Source: Aplysia californica
Lineage: Eukaryota
Direction of reading: 5' to 3'
Length of the DNA stretch: 64,000 nt
NCBI RefSeq assembly: GCF_000002075.1
Contig: NW_004797411.1
Span: 609,606 to 673,605, forward strand
The translations under genes and the position numbers were made by a program. The notes beneath the pieces were generated by a model. It was not told the DNA's origin, did no database searches, and saw only the letters and a list, made by a program, of their open reading frames with translations. How positions within the stretch are numbered: position 1 is the stretch's first letter; the number at the start of each line of letters is the position of its first letter. Shown here one piece after another: positions 51,143-64,000 of the stretch.

Positions 51143-52097
51143 TAAGTACCAAACATTTTATATGGAGAAAAAAAACACAAGGCAAAACTGCCATTATGAA
51201 ATTCAAAGTAGGCAGCTATTTCAGCGAGTTGAACAGTGTCCTCTTTCTTCCTGTCGTTTGTTTACGCTTTAACGGGAGATGTACATGATACGAGGAAAGT
51301 TCTAGGGGTTTGACTTTCTTTCAATTTTTAAAGGTGGTACAGGCTTGTTATAGACTAATTAGAAGAATTACGACGGATTTTTTTTAGTTTTGTTAAAAAG
51401 TTGGGCTCTGTGGCGGCCATCTTGGATTTTTTGCTATGTCGCGGGGACTGACGGTTTCCTAAAAAAACCCCTCGAATTTAAGCCTCAAACTTGGCACACA
51501 AATACACAAACCTATTATCTGTAATCCGATGGATAGATTTTTGTCTATCACGAAAAACAACAAAAATATCCATATATCACCGGACGACTTTTGAATAAAA
51601 CGAGTACAATGACAAAAAAGCAGAAATATTTTAAAAAGTAATGCATATTTCGCAAAATGCTGACACAGGATAACGAAACAGACTAAATTGCACCTTTGTG
51701 CCAAATTTCAAGTTTGTAGCTTAGATAGGTTCAGAAAAACGTCTGTCCCCGCGTCGTCACCATAGTGACAAAGTAGTTTTTGAGAAAAACGCAAAAGAAA
51801 ACCCCCACCTATTTGACAACGTCAAAGTTCGAAAATCATAGTTTTTTATACTATAAATTTGATATTTTTGTAACGTTGGCCCCTCTCTTATATATTGAAT
51901 GAAATTAATAGGGTTATATGTTCATTTCCCCACGAAATAAGCTGTCAATGACAGGTGAACATGACCACCTTCAGTAATTTTTTGTTAGTTACTACCCTTG
52001 ATCAGTCACGTACAAATCAAAACAATTGTTCAGTAGCACACTCAGAGATTGCACCAACCCAAACATGCACACACAGGCACACACACACACACACACA

Positions 52098-52142
<45 letters not shown>

Positions 52143-52299
52143 ACTAGCAAACAATCAAACACACATACACACAATAACATACGCTCTCACACACTGAGTG
52201 AGGGTGAATGAGTGCGCGTGCATGCCCACATGTATGTGTTTGTCACGTATCTCAAGTGCTCACATTTTAAAAATCTGTCAAGGGTACTGTAAAATAATT

Positions 52300-53400
52300 T
52301 AGGAAAATGAGAAACATTTGTGAATTTAGTCTGACTAGGTTACAAGAGAATCCCACTATACGTTACAGAAGTTCTGGGCAGTCAAAGAATGCGCTTTATG
52401 TGGCGAGTCATGAGAACACACTCCCTTGTTCGGCGTTGAAACGTGATTTACTACCTTCTTTTCTGGCGCTGCTCTCGAAGAACGTTATTTGTCGAGCAAT
52501 GTGCTCCACGTTTTGCCTCAGTTCACAATGGTTGGGAAAAGTCTGGACACACATCTGCCCCATTGTTGGAAGTCCAACGGGTTCAGGCTGGGATTGTGTG
52601 AAGCTCAGGCACAAGGTATACCGCAACTTCTGTTGAGGTGATTCTGGTTCCACTCGATGACTAGAGCTTATAGCGTGCTCTTTCTTGCTAGAACCACGGT
52701 CATTTCCGCTCCTGAGGTCCTACATAATCTTCCCAATGATCTTCAACACCGATAAAGAATCTTCACTTCACATATTGATCTACTACCACTGTTGCTATAC
52801 CATAGTCTTCAACCAGTTCGGACCAATGAGTCCTACAGCAACCCACGCATTCTGTGTGCTCGGGTTGCGGTCAACGACGTTGTCTGGTCTTTCTGGACTC
52901 CAATGAATGTCATTTCTTGTGCTCACGTCTCTGTTCAAATAAAGATGGGCTTCATCACAGAACAACTCTTTCTATGAATTAATTATCATTATCATTATCC
53001 TCATAGCCACCGTTTGATCTGTTCCCTGGTGTGGGAACCGGAAATGACTTGGTATATATATATTGAAATGGCATGCCTTCAAATCGAGAACGTGTATTAA
53101 AAATTTGTCAACAGAAATTATCGAAAGATAGAGTTCAACTCTCCGACCGCTTACCATACCGTTCACCTTTCCTTTTGTTAGACACTGGTACACACGTCTG
53201 GCCTTTTGAAATCTACATACTTTCCAAGGATAGTGTTGTTTGATGGTAGACTGCAGCCCATCCTATTGTTGATTTTCGACGACAACGTTTTGTTCTATGA
53301 GGCATGCCATTTTCACTTATTATCCTATTGTGAATCTCAAGATCTACGCTTGCCCCTCCCCTTTACTTTACTTGTCCAAAATTGATAGCCTTCCATCTCT
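52300..53400 (-). mobile_element. Decayed Tc1/mariner-superfamily transposase (FSDEAHF type)
   Basis: Minus strand reads LFCDEAHLYLNRDVSTRND.HWSPE.P and P.LNPLDF..WG, with frameshifts. TIRs not identified. Confidence 0.7.
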
Positions 53401-54222
53401 GACCGAGTTCTGCCGTCTTTGTCGTTACGCACGTTACGTTGTTTTTTTACCACACCAATTAAAATTCAATCTGTCTTGCAAATGCGGGAGTTGAGACAGT
53501 TGCTGCAATGGTCAGGTAAGAGTACACAGTTCGATGTGATCCCGTCTGGAGCGAAGTTAGGTGGAGAGCTCAGATGCGAGAAGGATGTGTAGCGAAAACG
53601 AACGTGTCGGTCAGTTCCCACTTCGGTGTGATCCCGTCTTGAGCTTAACATTGTACCGTTTATTCGAGTTTTACAACGTTTATGTGATCACATTCACTAG
53701 AGTGGTTGATCTTTGACGCGACGGGCAGCTCAATGATCGCGACTTTTCACTCATGGTTTATCGGCTGTGTCCGCCCGGGTGTTTGTTCCGTAAATTTTTA
53801 TTTGAAATGCGGCATCTTAGCCCAATGTTGACTGTCAGAGTGAATCAGAACGGGATCTTATCAGTCACTTTTGTATAGTATACTTCCTTTTTCTTAATTA
53901 AAACAGCTGGGGATCATACACGGAGGGATCTTAGACGGAGACTAAATTATAAGATATAATCCACATTTTTCAACTTACTAACTTTCAAATTCGATGTCGA
54001 TAGAGTAACAAATAACTGCCAAGAGCTTTTGTTTGAATTTCACTGGAGTCGGAACAACTGATACAGTATGTGTGTNNNNNNNNNNNNNNNNNNNNNNNNN
54101 NNNNNNNNNNNNNNNNNNNNNNNNNNNNNNNNNNNNNNNNNNNNNNNNNNNNNNNNNNNNNNNNNNNNNNNNNNNNNNNNNNNNNNNNNNNNNNNNNNNN
54201 NNNNNNNNNNNNNNNNNNNNNN

Positions 54223-54255
<33 letters not shown>

Positions 54256-54274
54256 GTTGTATGTGTATATATGC

Positions 54275-54712
54275 GTTCACCCGTGTGGTTCTCGGGGCAG
54301 ACAGGGGAGCAAAGAATGGGACCACTGTATCCGTAGTGCGCATGTCGTAGAAGGCGACTAAGGTCGGGTGGGCAAAGGATTAGCAGCCCTTTCCGTAAAA
54401 CAAAAAGAAGCTACAAAAACATCAACAGCTAAAACAAAACGACCGCCAGTTCTGGAAGATGGAGGACCTTCGTCACCCAGGAGAGGAGAGAATATGGAGT
54501 GTAGAATGACAGGGTGGTGAAAGCCGAAAGGAAACCACCAAGCCGAGACACCTCCTGTCGACCAGAAGACCAAAGATGACATGGAGGCGAGTGGTATGCA
54601 GGAGTGGAAAGGCGGGAACATCATGGAAACAGCTAGAAAAGGATGCACAGGACAGGCTTCAGAAATGTTATTGATGACCTATGCGCTCCACTGGGAGTTA
54701 AAAAGGGCAAGA
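54275..54712 (+). mobile_element. Short RTE-derived non-autonomous element (5' leader joined to 3' end)
   Basis: GCATGTCGTAGAAGGCGACTAA leader hairpin recalled from RTE 5' regions, then a W.PKG..P type 3' remnant and an end at TGACCTATGCGCTCCACTGGGAG. Confidence 0.5.
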
Positions 54713-56268
54713 GAGATATATATTAAATATACGTTGCAAGTATATTGTGCATTTATATGTATACATAAATAATATATCAATGACTGTGGTGTAGCAGTTA
54801 TGTGCTTTTCCGTCGCACGCAGAAGACCCAAGTCTGATTCCCAAGTAGAGAGAATCTTTATAGGGTATCTCGGTCTTTCTTCTGGGATGTTGTTTCCTAA
54901 TCAGCCCAGGTTGGCACTGATAAGCAGGATCGAGAGTTTGCCTTCTAAATGATCCAAGTTGTGGTAATGTAGGCGTAAAACACATATCTTTCAAAATGTA
55001 AATAATATGTATGTATAATANNNNNNNNNNNNNNNNNNNNNNNNNNNNNNNNNNNNNNNNNNNNNNNNNNNNNNNNNNNNNNNNNNNNNNNNNNNNNNNN
55101 NNNNNNNNNNNNNNNNNNNNNNNNNNNNNNNNNNNNNNNNNNNNNNNNNNNNNNNNNNNNNNNNNNNNNNNNNNNNNNNNNNNNNNNNNNNNNCAGAGCG
55201 AGAGAAGGGGGGGAGGGGCAAAAGAGAGAGAGAGAAAAGGTAATGGTAGAGAGAGGGAGGGGGAGAGAGGGCGGAGTCAAGTACAATCCTTCCATGTCTC
55301 CGTTTTAACTCTCCTTCTCTAAAGCACTCGCTGTTTCTATAGAGCAACATTTCGTTAGGTTTAGCTCATTAGCACAATGAGAACATAATATAATACTCTG
55401 TAGATGAGATCAGAACGATGAAAAAAACCCTGAACCAGGACTGCTTGTAGTGTAAGCTATTTAGTTTACATTGAAAGGCATGGTCACTTTTCCTAAAGAG
55501 CCCCGATCCATCATTCCGCGTGTTTTCTTTTACTCATGCGTACCCCATGTCACCCAACCATGGAACAGAACCGGGCATTGAATGCATCTGGAATGCACGC
55601 TCGGATGTTTGTATGTGTAGGAGGGCCTCTTATTGAGGACCCAAAAGTGACACCGTTTTTCTGATAGGTACATGCTATTGCAAAAATGATCTACAGTATG
55701 CACATGTCATGTCACTCTGACCGGCTAGCAGGACAAACTGATACGTTAGGTCGTAGGTCGCTTGAATATCTGTTTGATGCGTATGGGATGATTTGTTAAA
55801 ATGAATGAGAAAAAGAGACCAAGGATTCCTTCTCTTTTCTGAGAGTCCGATGTCGATGGATGCGAGGTTGACTGTGCATCGGCACGTTGTCTTTTTCAAT
55901 GATACATTATTACTGTAGTTAGTGCTGAAGCAATCTCTATTCTTTTGAAACAAAGGCTTGTTTTGTATGGGATTTTCATATGAATGAGCCTGCTAATGGT
56001 CTTCATGAATGAACGTAACAATGCAATACACTTTGTAATGCAAGCCTCACCAGGACTACACTTTTCAACACTACAGCTACTGGTACATGAGTAGCAAGCA
56101 AGAAGTTTATCAAGGACCACTAAACAAGTTTTAGATATTGGACAACTCCGCAAAAGCGTCCCTGGCACTATAATATAAACTATAATTTACTGGTCGAGCA
56201 ATAGACATACACAAATACTGCAACACATCATTCCCATACCTCTCCACCACCCCCCTCTCTCTTCTTCT

Positions 56269-56320
<52 letters not shown>

Positions 56321-56539
56321 TCTTTCTTTCTATCTCTCTTTNNNNNNNNNNNNNNNNNNNNNNNNNNNNNNNNNNNNNNNNNNNNNNNNNNNNNNNNNNN
56401 NNNNNNNNNNNNNNNNNNNNNNNNNNNNNNNNNNNNNNNNNTCTTTCTATCTCTCCCTCCCCCCACACTCCCTCTTTCTCCCTCATGAAGATACATGAAC
56501 GTTATGACATATATTTCACAATATGCCCAAACCACAGGG

Positions 56540-58210
56540 AGCCATTTAAGTGGAATGTAGCCACTTCAAAGCATGTGTGAACAGAGCATTAAAAGAAAAA
56601 TGCGGCACCAGGAAACAGGAGGGCAGAAGAGGAAAACAGCTATAATTATAGTGGAATAATCAAGTAATGGAAGCCATCCAACTGAAGAAAAAGGCATTCA
56701 AAAGTGGCAGAAATCAAAGACAGAGGAAGATTACATTCTATACAGAAAGGAACGCCAAAAAACAGCAAGGATATTTTAAAAAAAAAAGGAAAGCACAGAT
56801 CCTGGACAATATATGGAGAACAGCTGACAACAAATTACAAAGAATAACCCAGACAGTTATACAAGAGCGTTAAAAGCATATTCAACCCAACTGAAACAGT
56901 CAATATGAGAACGGAAACCACATTTTCAGTAAGCCAAAGATTAAAGAAAGCTGGAGCTGCTGACTCCTACAGGAGAAACACCAAACAACTTTTCACCTAA
57001 AGAAACCACTCCAGAACCAGTAACTCTGCTGAGTGAAACCCAACATGTTATAAAGAAAAGCCCTTCAAACAAAGCGCCTGGTGTTGATAACATCACTGCA
57101 GAAGTGATCAAGTTATGCTGCCATATCCCTTAACTCTCGCTGTGGAGGATATTTAACCTAGCCTTAGCGACAAAAACAACACCGATGACAGCTGTCACTG
57201 TGCCTATTTGGAAAAAAAAGAAAGGTAACAAAACAGACTGTGGAACCTGCAGAGGAATATCCCTTCTCAGCCATGTGGGTAAAATGTTTGCCAAGATACA
57301 GGAAATGAGAATGAGACCAAAACATTGAAGAGACTCAACTCAGTGAATCCCAGTTTGGCTTCAGAAAAGGCAGGGGCTGTACTGACGCTATTTTTTGCAT
57401 TACGACAGTAGTGTGAGACTCATTGCACATGACAAAGACCTCAATATCGTCTTCGTAGACCCATGTAAAGGCATGCGACCGGGTAAACAGACGTCAACTT
57501 TGGGAAGTCTTTGAGGAATATGAAGTAACAGAAAGTTACGAAGGTCAGCAGAAACCCAGGGAAAGTCAACATCCTTATTGACGGAACACAACTCTAAAAA
57601 GTAGGGTATTTTAAATATTTGGGAAGCATCTTCACACAAGATGGGCGTATGGACAAAGGAATAGAAACAGGAACAATGAAGACCAAATTTTAAATGCAGT
57701 GACCTACCAGCTAGCACCCCTGCTCACTCTCAAGAACATCCCAATCTAAGTGAAATCCCAGCTCATCAATAACATCTTCATACCAATCTTAGCATGCCAG
57801 TGCCAAACATGGTCTCTAAACAAGGCACAAGAAAGAAAAATCAATGCTTGCGAAATGAGAATTCTCATCAACGTCACCATCAACGTCACCAGAAGAGACC
57901 GCAAAAGAAACGAAACCATACGTTAGCAAACTGGAATACCACAAGTAATGGAATTCATTGACCGTCAAAGAGTCAAATGGTTTAGACATCTAACCAGACT
58001 ACCCCAGAAACAACTAGCGCCTAGAGCTTAAAACACATGAGAATCTGGCTTCAAATCAAGAGGAAGACAAAGAAAAACCTGGCTGAATGGAGTTAAAAAG
58101 GTCCAGGAACAACATAATTTTTATTTAGCTCAGACGCTACGCTCCTAGCACAGAACCGAAACCTGCACCCCCCCCCCAAGTCGACATCCTAAAGATACCA
58201 CAGGAAGGAA
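56540..58210 (+). mobile_element. Decayed, internally deleted RTE-type LINE
   Basis: NKAPGVDNITAE, RGISLLSHVGK.FAKI, QFGFRKGRGCTDAIF, FVD..K, FKYLGS, ACEMR.L, KWF.HL.R and RGR.RKTW. Confidence 0.88.
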
Positions 58211-58277
58211 AACGTAAAAAAAAGTTAAAGAAATGAGTTATTTTTTAAACGAAATTCAACAAAATAAAATAAATCAC

Positions 58278-58517
58278 CTTCACGTCAAGATTCTGCACAT
58301 CAGTGTCCGTCCGATTAAAATCGCTCCTAAAAGCGACAGAGAAACCGCCTGTGTCCAGTGCCACTTTGGAAGCGCTCCGGGCACTGATCTTTCTTGTAGT
58401 GAGTGTGATATCCCCTCTGGTCACATGCTTAGGTTCTTGGCCCATCACGTGACTTTTGAGCATAACGTCCCACAGATGCCCTACAGTGCTCTCTACCTTC
58501 GGCACCGTGGACTGGGC
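58278..58517 (-). CDS. PKD1-like gene exon (GAIN region: LWDVMLKSHVMGQEPKHV...QNLDVK)
   Basis: tctcttcgttcag acceptor, gtgatt donor, 240 nt, phase 0 to 0. L......GQEP resembles the family L....V.GE.P motif. Confidence 0.85.
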
Positions 58518-60013
58518 CTGAACGAAGAGAAGATGATTGTAGAATTGATATTTCGTTGAGGGTAGCCAGGTATGTAGGTAGGCATTTAGGCAGGTAGGTA
58601 GGTAGGTAGACAGGTAGGTAGGTATGCTTGTGTTCTGCCCTATTTATCAATCTTAATTATCGTATAATTGCGCGGGAATCTGAAGATTAATATTAATTTA
58701 TATTTTTGAAATCGTTCTTTTACTCACATACCAAGGAACATTCACATATTTTCAAAAGTGAAAATTAAAATAAAAATTAAAAATTAGATATGAAACTGAA
58801 GAGCACACAAGAATGACATCAATTATACGATCGTTAAAACTCGTAGCCGAATCTCAAGATTGCAGCGCAATTTTACTGTCGTTAAAACGCCGATTGGAAC
58901 ACAACATAAGAAACTTGAAAATGTAATCCCTCAAGCCTTACACTACCCACTCATGAAGCATAACAATTTAAAGCTAAATAAATGTTGCATTCTCTGATAA
59001 ATAAACATTTAATCCTTTCTGAGAAAATCAATCTTTATAACTTAGACTTGGGAACATTGTGAGAAATTAAAAAAAGGTGTATTGGGCCAGACGTGTACTG
59101 CAACCATCTTTTAAGAGGAAAACGTGAAACTATTTTCATTTGAACACTTTTCAAGTTTGTACAGCTGCGTTTGCGGCTGATTTTCGAGAGATCTTAGTTG
59201 AGGATAATTGGAACGGCACCATATCAGAAAGTCGTTCTCTTAAAACGAGCTGGGTTTTTTTTAATTTAAAAAAAATTGTTTTCGATTGTCTGAACAATGG
59301 GAATCTATAGTTATTCCCAAAAGGATGCTTCTCTGGAGAACATCTTCCTCCTGTTGGTGGGGGCCTGAAAGGGATGACCAGACACGAACCTGAAAGGAAC
59401 CGTTCTTAAGAGGGGGGAGTGGGGGGCAACACCCCCTAAATTAAAATTCGATTCAAAATCATGGAATTTGACTTGTAGGCATTTTTAGCTTCCTCAGCCT
59501 CTCCAACAACTATTTCATGGCTTAAGAACCCCCAAACACCGTATTTTTTCTCATACTGGGCATGTTTGTAACCGCCATTTCCTCATAAAGTCAGTATTTT
59601 ATTTTTTTTTATCGGCCGTTTTCTCTAAATGCGACTTTTCTCTATACTTTTTTAAATAACCATTTTTCATCCAATCTTCATGAAATTTTTCACAGAATGA
59701 AGAGAAGAGGTAATACTAAAAATTTGTCTGTTGAATTTTTGATGTATGGAATAGTTTTTGTTGGTTGTATCTGGAGTGTGGATTTTCACGGATTTTTCGC
59801 AAACTTGAATGCTACCTCAGGAAAAAAATTCATTAAAAATTTTCTAATTCGATTAGGACGAAAACAACAGACAAATTTCTAGATCTAATGTTTGTAAACA
59901 CGCATGCAAAAAAACAATCAATTTCCACGAGCAATAAGTGCGGTATTCATTACGTAAGACATGTCAATAAAATCCAATATGGCGGCGTATCCATGGAAAC
60001 GAAACTTTTTAAA

Positions 60014-61150
60014 TTAAATTTGATTGCAGTGACGGCACCGTGACTGGCTATGGCCGAACTTCTGACACTTGAAACAGCGCAGAGGGTTCGGCACATAGGG
60101 TCGTACGTCGAGTACCAAGTAAAATGCCCGAACGGTGGCTGGAGGACAACACGATTCGAATGTGAGGACAATCGTGTTCGTCTCAATAGTAGTCTCCCCC
60201 CGCCAAAGAGTAATCTGGCGGGCTTCGACCAATCCCTCACAGTTCTCCACAATCTCTTCCATGGAGCAGCCTTTCAGCTCATGACTGCGAACCACGCTCT
60301 TCGAGCGGTTAAATTTCTGGTAGTGCTCAGACTTACTTGGAATACCACCGAAAGTCGTGGTATCCAGGAATTTGGTCACTTTGTTCTCGGTTGCGCACTT
60401 GACAAGGAGTGTACCACAGGAAAGTTTCTGTACACATGTGGGAATGTATCCCAGAATTTTCCGTAGTGCATCTACTGTCTTAAAGAGGTTGAGATCGGTA
60501 ATTCTTCTCTGTGCGTCTTTTGTACTGGAGATGGCCACTTACGGTTGCCCCAGAAGCTCCTTGGGAGGAGGGAGGAAGGAGGCATCTGTAAAGGTCCTTT
60601 TACCATTTTTTGAACTTTTGCTTGGCTCAGCGGGCGCACCCTCTTCCGCGTGCCGAGACTTTTTAAAGTTGTGAGCTGGGGAAGGGTCTTTAGGGTTTTT
60701 AGAATCCATGAGAGTTTTTTTTTTATTCGACTCCGGGGCTCCCCGCCCACCACGGAGCCCAACAAGCTGTGCCAGGGCTACCCTGGAGTTATACTCTCAA
60801 CGAGAAAGTACAACACCCTCCCGTCAAGATTGACCTAGGACTTGATGGGGTTTCAGCTCTCAACCGATTGAGTGGCACGGGCCGTGCCACCCTCCCGTCT
60901 AAGAGGAAAACCTGGGCCAAAGAGGTGAGTTGGCGAGGGACAGTCCGTGGACTGATCTCACCTCAACCGCCAGGTACCGGCTTCCCTTTGCACGGGTCGC
61001 ACATCACGGTCAAGGAAGCGCCCACTCTGTGGGATGGGTGACCTCTCTTTTTGCTGCACATGAGGTCAGCGGTGGGAGAAAAGATAGAAGAAGAAAGAAA
61101 GAAGGAAGGAGAAGAGGAAGATACACCAAAGTAGATGTCGCATCCGGATC
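60014..61150 (-). mobile_element. I-group (Nimb-like) LINE 5' UTR and gag-like ORF1 fragment
   Basis: KL..GTLLV.C, FNRSKSVV and VRPYVPNPLRCFKCQKFGHSQSRC (CCHC knuckle). Truncated after the first knuckle. Confidence 0.85.
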
Positions 61151-61299
61151 TCAGAGGGTTGGGGTCCGTGTGCGATACCTCGCCTTTGAAGGGGTTGCAC
61201 CTTCTGCAGACGAAGCAGTGGGTCTATTTATATCTCCCCGACCCACTGGGGGTTCCTCTATGTGTGCAATTCTGCAAGGGAAGGTCGGAGTCAGTCGGC

Positions 61300-63210
61300 A
61301 TTCCAAGGCAGGACAAAGGTCTGGGCTTCAAAACACTCATCCTCCTTGTGGGTAGGCATATATTTTGCAAAGCTGCTGCCCTATATTGGGCGACAACCTG
61401 CTAGGTGATATGGGGAGGAGAAGAGACCGTGGCAATAACATTTGATCTGGAAGATGCTTACAATCATGTAAATTATGAGAGGCTAATGTGCGCTCTGCTA
61501 GATTGTGACGTGAATCCGTGGATTGTTGGGTAGATTGCAAGGGCAATGCTAGAAAGAAAAGTGGCTTTGCGATGTGGTCAATAGATTTCAATCCCACATG
61601 TGATAAGACCAGGACTCTCAGAGGGCTCACGCTTCTCGCCCATACTGTTCAATGTCTACACTGCTCGTATTGCAACGCTGAACAGCGTTAGGCCAGGGAG
61701 AATACTAACTTTTGCAGATGACATCTTGGCCTACAGGCAAGGACGGGATCGGCGGAAAATGACACTTGAAGTACAGCAAAAGGCTGAGAAAATCATGGAG
61801 TGGTGTGTTGAATCGACCGCAGTGATCAATCCTCAGAAGGCTGCAGCACAGTGGTGCTTTTTAAACAATCGAATAGTAAAGATAGATGTCCCAGAGCTTA
61901 CGGTAAATGGACAGAAGATTCAAAGATGTCAGAAGATGCGGTATCTGGGAGTGGTTTTCGATCGCTGACTATCCTTCAAAGATCAAATAAATGGTGTTGT
62001 GGAAAGGGCAAAGAAGGGCTTGAATGCAGTGAAGGTCATGGCGACTTCTGGAATGGAACAAAGGCTACTGTTTCTTATGTATCAGCAACTGGTCATGGAA
62101 GTAATCGATTATGGACTCGGAGTATTGACCTTGACAAAACCCAACTGGACAAGCTGGATCGAGTTCAAAATGAAGTCATGCGAATCATACTAGGCTGCAC
62201 CAGGGGTACGCCAATTATCTGTATGAGACATGTATTGGGCCTCATGTCAGTGGAAAACAGACACAAAGTGGCTCAGGTCAGGGCGTACATGAGGGTGGTG
62301 GCTGATAAGCAACACCCACTTCCCGAAGCCATTGGAGCAATCAAGGGAAGTCGCCTAAAACGAGGAGCTTCTTGGGTGGCTGAGGCTGAAAACACCCTCA
62401 AGGAAGTCTTTCCACTGGAAAATATAAAGCGGGGAGAAGAATGGATAAAGATGCATGACAGACAGCAGGGAGATTTTGGGAAGGTAGTGATTACGCTGAA
62501 CAGAGAAGGTAGAGAGTGGCCGCATGGGGCGACAGATGCTGAGATACGACAACTGATTGAAGAAAACTCACGGCACTGAGATGTGGTTGTATACACGGAT
62601 AGATCTGTTAAACGAGGGGAAAAATCTGGATGGGGCTTCTCAGCAAGATCTTGTGAGTGGCAGATTGGTGCAGGAACAGCAGAGAGCATACGATGTGACA
62701 ACATCTAGCATGAGAATGGAGATAGAGGCAATCACTCAGACTCTCAAATGGGTCACAACAACTCGACAAGCACATGTGGTCTTTATCACAGACTCTCAGA
62801 GCACTCTGAGGAAGATTGAAAGTGGGAACCTTAGAGCTGAATGGACAGAGCTCACAACACTGAAAAAGATCACGTGGATCTTCACCCCGGACCATGCTGG
62901 AGTCAAGGGCAATGAGCGGGCTGATGAGCTCGCTGGGAAAGCAAAACCAAAGGGGAAGCTGTGCCCTAAGAAACCAGAAATTGTACGTTCAGTCAAGGGA
63001 AAAAAGAGAACAAGAACAAGAAGAGACGGAGTACCATCATCTTGAGCGACTTAGTGTGCTTCAAGACTGAGTGGGAGGAGCAGAAGGTTATGGAATTAAA
63101 CATTGCTTGGAATCATCAGCATCTACACACTTCGAGATGTGCTACTTCAGGGGACAGAGCGCATATGGGAATGCCCCTTGTGCAGTGATGTCGGTCCTTC
63201 ACACAAGTAA
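61300..63210 (+). mobile_element. I-group (Ingi/Nimb-like) LINE reverse transcriptase + RNase H fragment
   Basis: FDLEDAYN.V, GL..GS..SPILFNVY, FADDI, YLGVVFDR and IDYG. RNase H motifs YTD.SV, EIEAI, TDSQS and HAGVKGNERADELA. Several stops and frameshifts. Confidence 0.9.
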
Positions 63211-63420
63211 ACAGGGAACCGAAAGGGGGTAAGGATCCACCCCATCCTCCCTTAGAACCCCAAAGCGGTTAGCGAGTGGCACCTTAAGGGTGGATGCCAC
63301 TGGCGTAAAAGGGGCCTTTTGGGGTTTTTACTGTCTCTCGAGCCACCTGAATGAGCAGCCATTTTGCATTTTGTATTCTTGGGTTGCACAAAATTGTGCG
63401 AAATCAAATTAACGTAAAGG

Positions 63421-63540
63421 GGGGCTCGCGTGACCTAGAGGTTAAGATGTTCGCCCCTCTTCCAAAGGTCACGGTTTCGAATCTGGGAAAAGACGGGAAA
63501 ATTTTCTTATCTAAAATTGTCTCCTTTCCTGCTCTCTAGC
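63421..63540 (+). mobile_element. SINE family A head only
   Basis: GGGGCTCGCGTGACCTAGAGGTTAAG...GTTTCGAATCT..GACGGGAAAATT. Confidence 0.7.
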
Positions 63541-63818
63541 AATATTCTGTGTTCTGCGTTCGTCTCTATTTTCGGGTGTTTAATAACACGTCCTATTCGT
63601 TTATAAACTTTAATGAGCTTAATAGTGACTACAATCATTAAATGTGATTGCATGCGGTTTACCGAAACGAAGAAACCTTGAGGCCAAAGTTTCGAAATCG
63701 ACAAAAAGTATATGTCTAGCTTACAGCAGAAATAATTTTCTTATCCAAGGCCTCCTAAATGATTTTAAATTGTAAAACAATATGACACACAATAAAATAT
63801 CTCCTGTTAAAACCTTAC

Positions 63819-63979
63819 AGCAGACATCTTTTTCTTATCCAGGGCAGCCCTCTCGTCCATGAAACGTTTAGCAAAAAAAAGTTTTTCCTCCTCCAAGAGT
63901 CCTTCTGTGTTGATCTCAATGGGCTGGTCAGTGTGGTAGTAGCCTGGTGTTGTACGGGCCAGGGACCGTTCCAGGGCAC
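63819..63979 (-). CDS. Most 5' visible exon of the PKD1-like gene (ALERSLARTTPGYY...DKKKMSA)
   Basis: cttgcag acceptor, gtaagg donor, open frame, phase 1 to 0 matching exon 58278-58517. No diagnostic motif. Confidence 0.7.
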
Positions 63980-64000
63980 CTGCAAGGCCTAGTCAGAGGA

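Noticed and set aside
55675-56168. Possible extra exon or hAT dimerisation-domain remnant
   Set aside because: There is no phase-compatible splice pair, and the TS.SVE similarity is too weak.
62915-62945. Hammerhead ribozyme core (CTGATGAG...GAAA); 4933 and 43305 also checked
   Set aside because: Stem II cannot form. The 62921 hit is coding sequence (RADELAGK) of RNase H.

Overview
Repeat-rich animal genomic DNA from a gapped draft assembly. The repeat content suggests a mollusc, probably a gastropod (inference only). Reading splice sites by hand gives 15 phase-compatible minus-strand exons between 63979 and 5379 (2282 nt, about 760 aa, no internal stop). They encode the GAIN/GPS, TM1, PLAT and TM2-TM5 parts of a polycystin-1-like (PKD1L-family) protein. 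The ORF track misses most of these exons or shows them in the wrong frame. The gene starts beyond the right edge, and its channel-domain exons are not visible. The GPS lacks the catalytic H-L-T tripeptide, while an RRKR furin-type site lies about 70 aa upstream. One plus-strand exon (about 4392-4657) resembles the Brachyury C-terminal region and faces the PKD1L gene across an unsized 100-N gap. The introns hold decayed L2/CR1, Rex/Babar, RTE and I-group LINEs, tRNA-derived SINEs, Tc1/mariner relics, a Harbinger-type MITE, long inverted repeats, a perfect AGGTCA DR4 tandem array and many microsatellites. All family assignments come from recognising motifs by eye; no searches were run.
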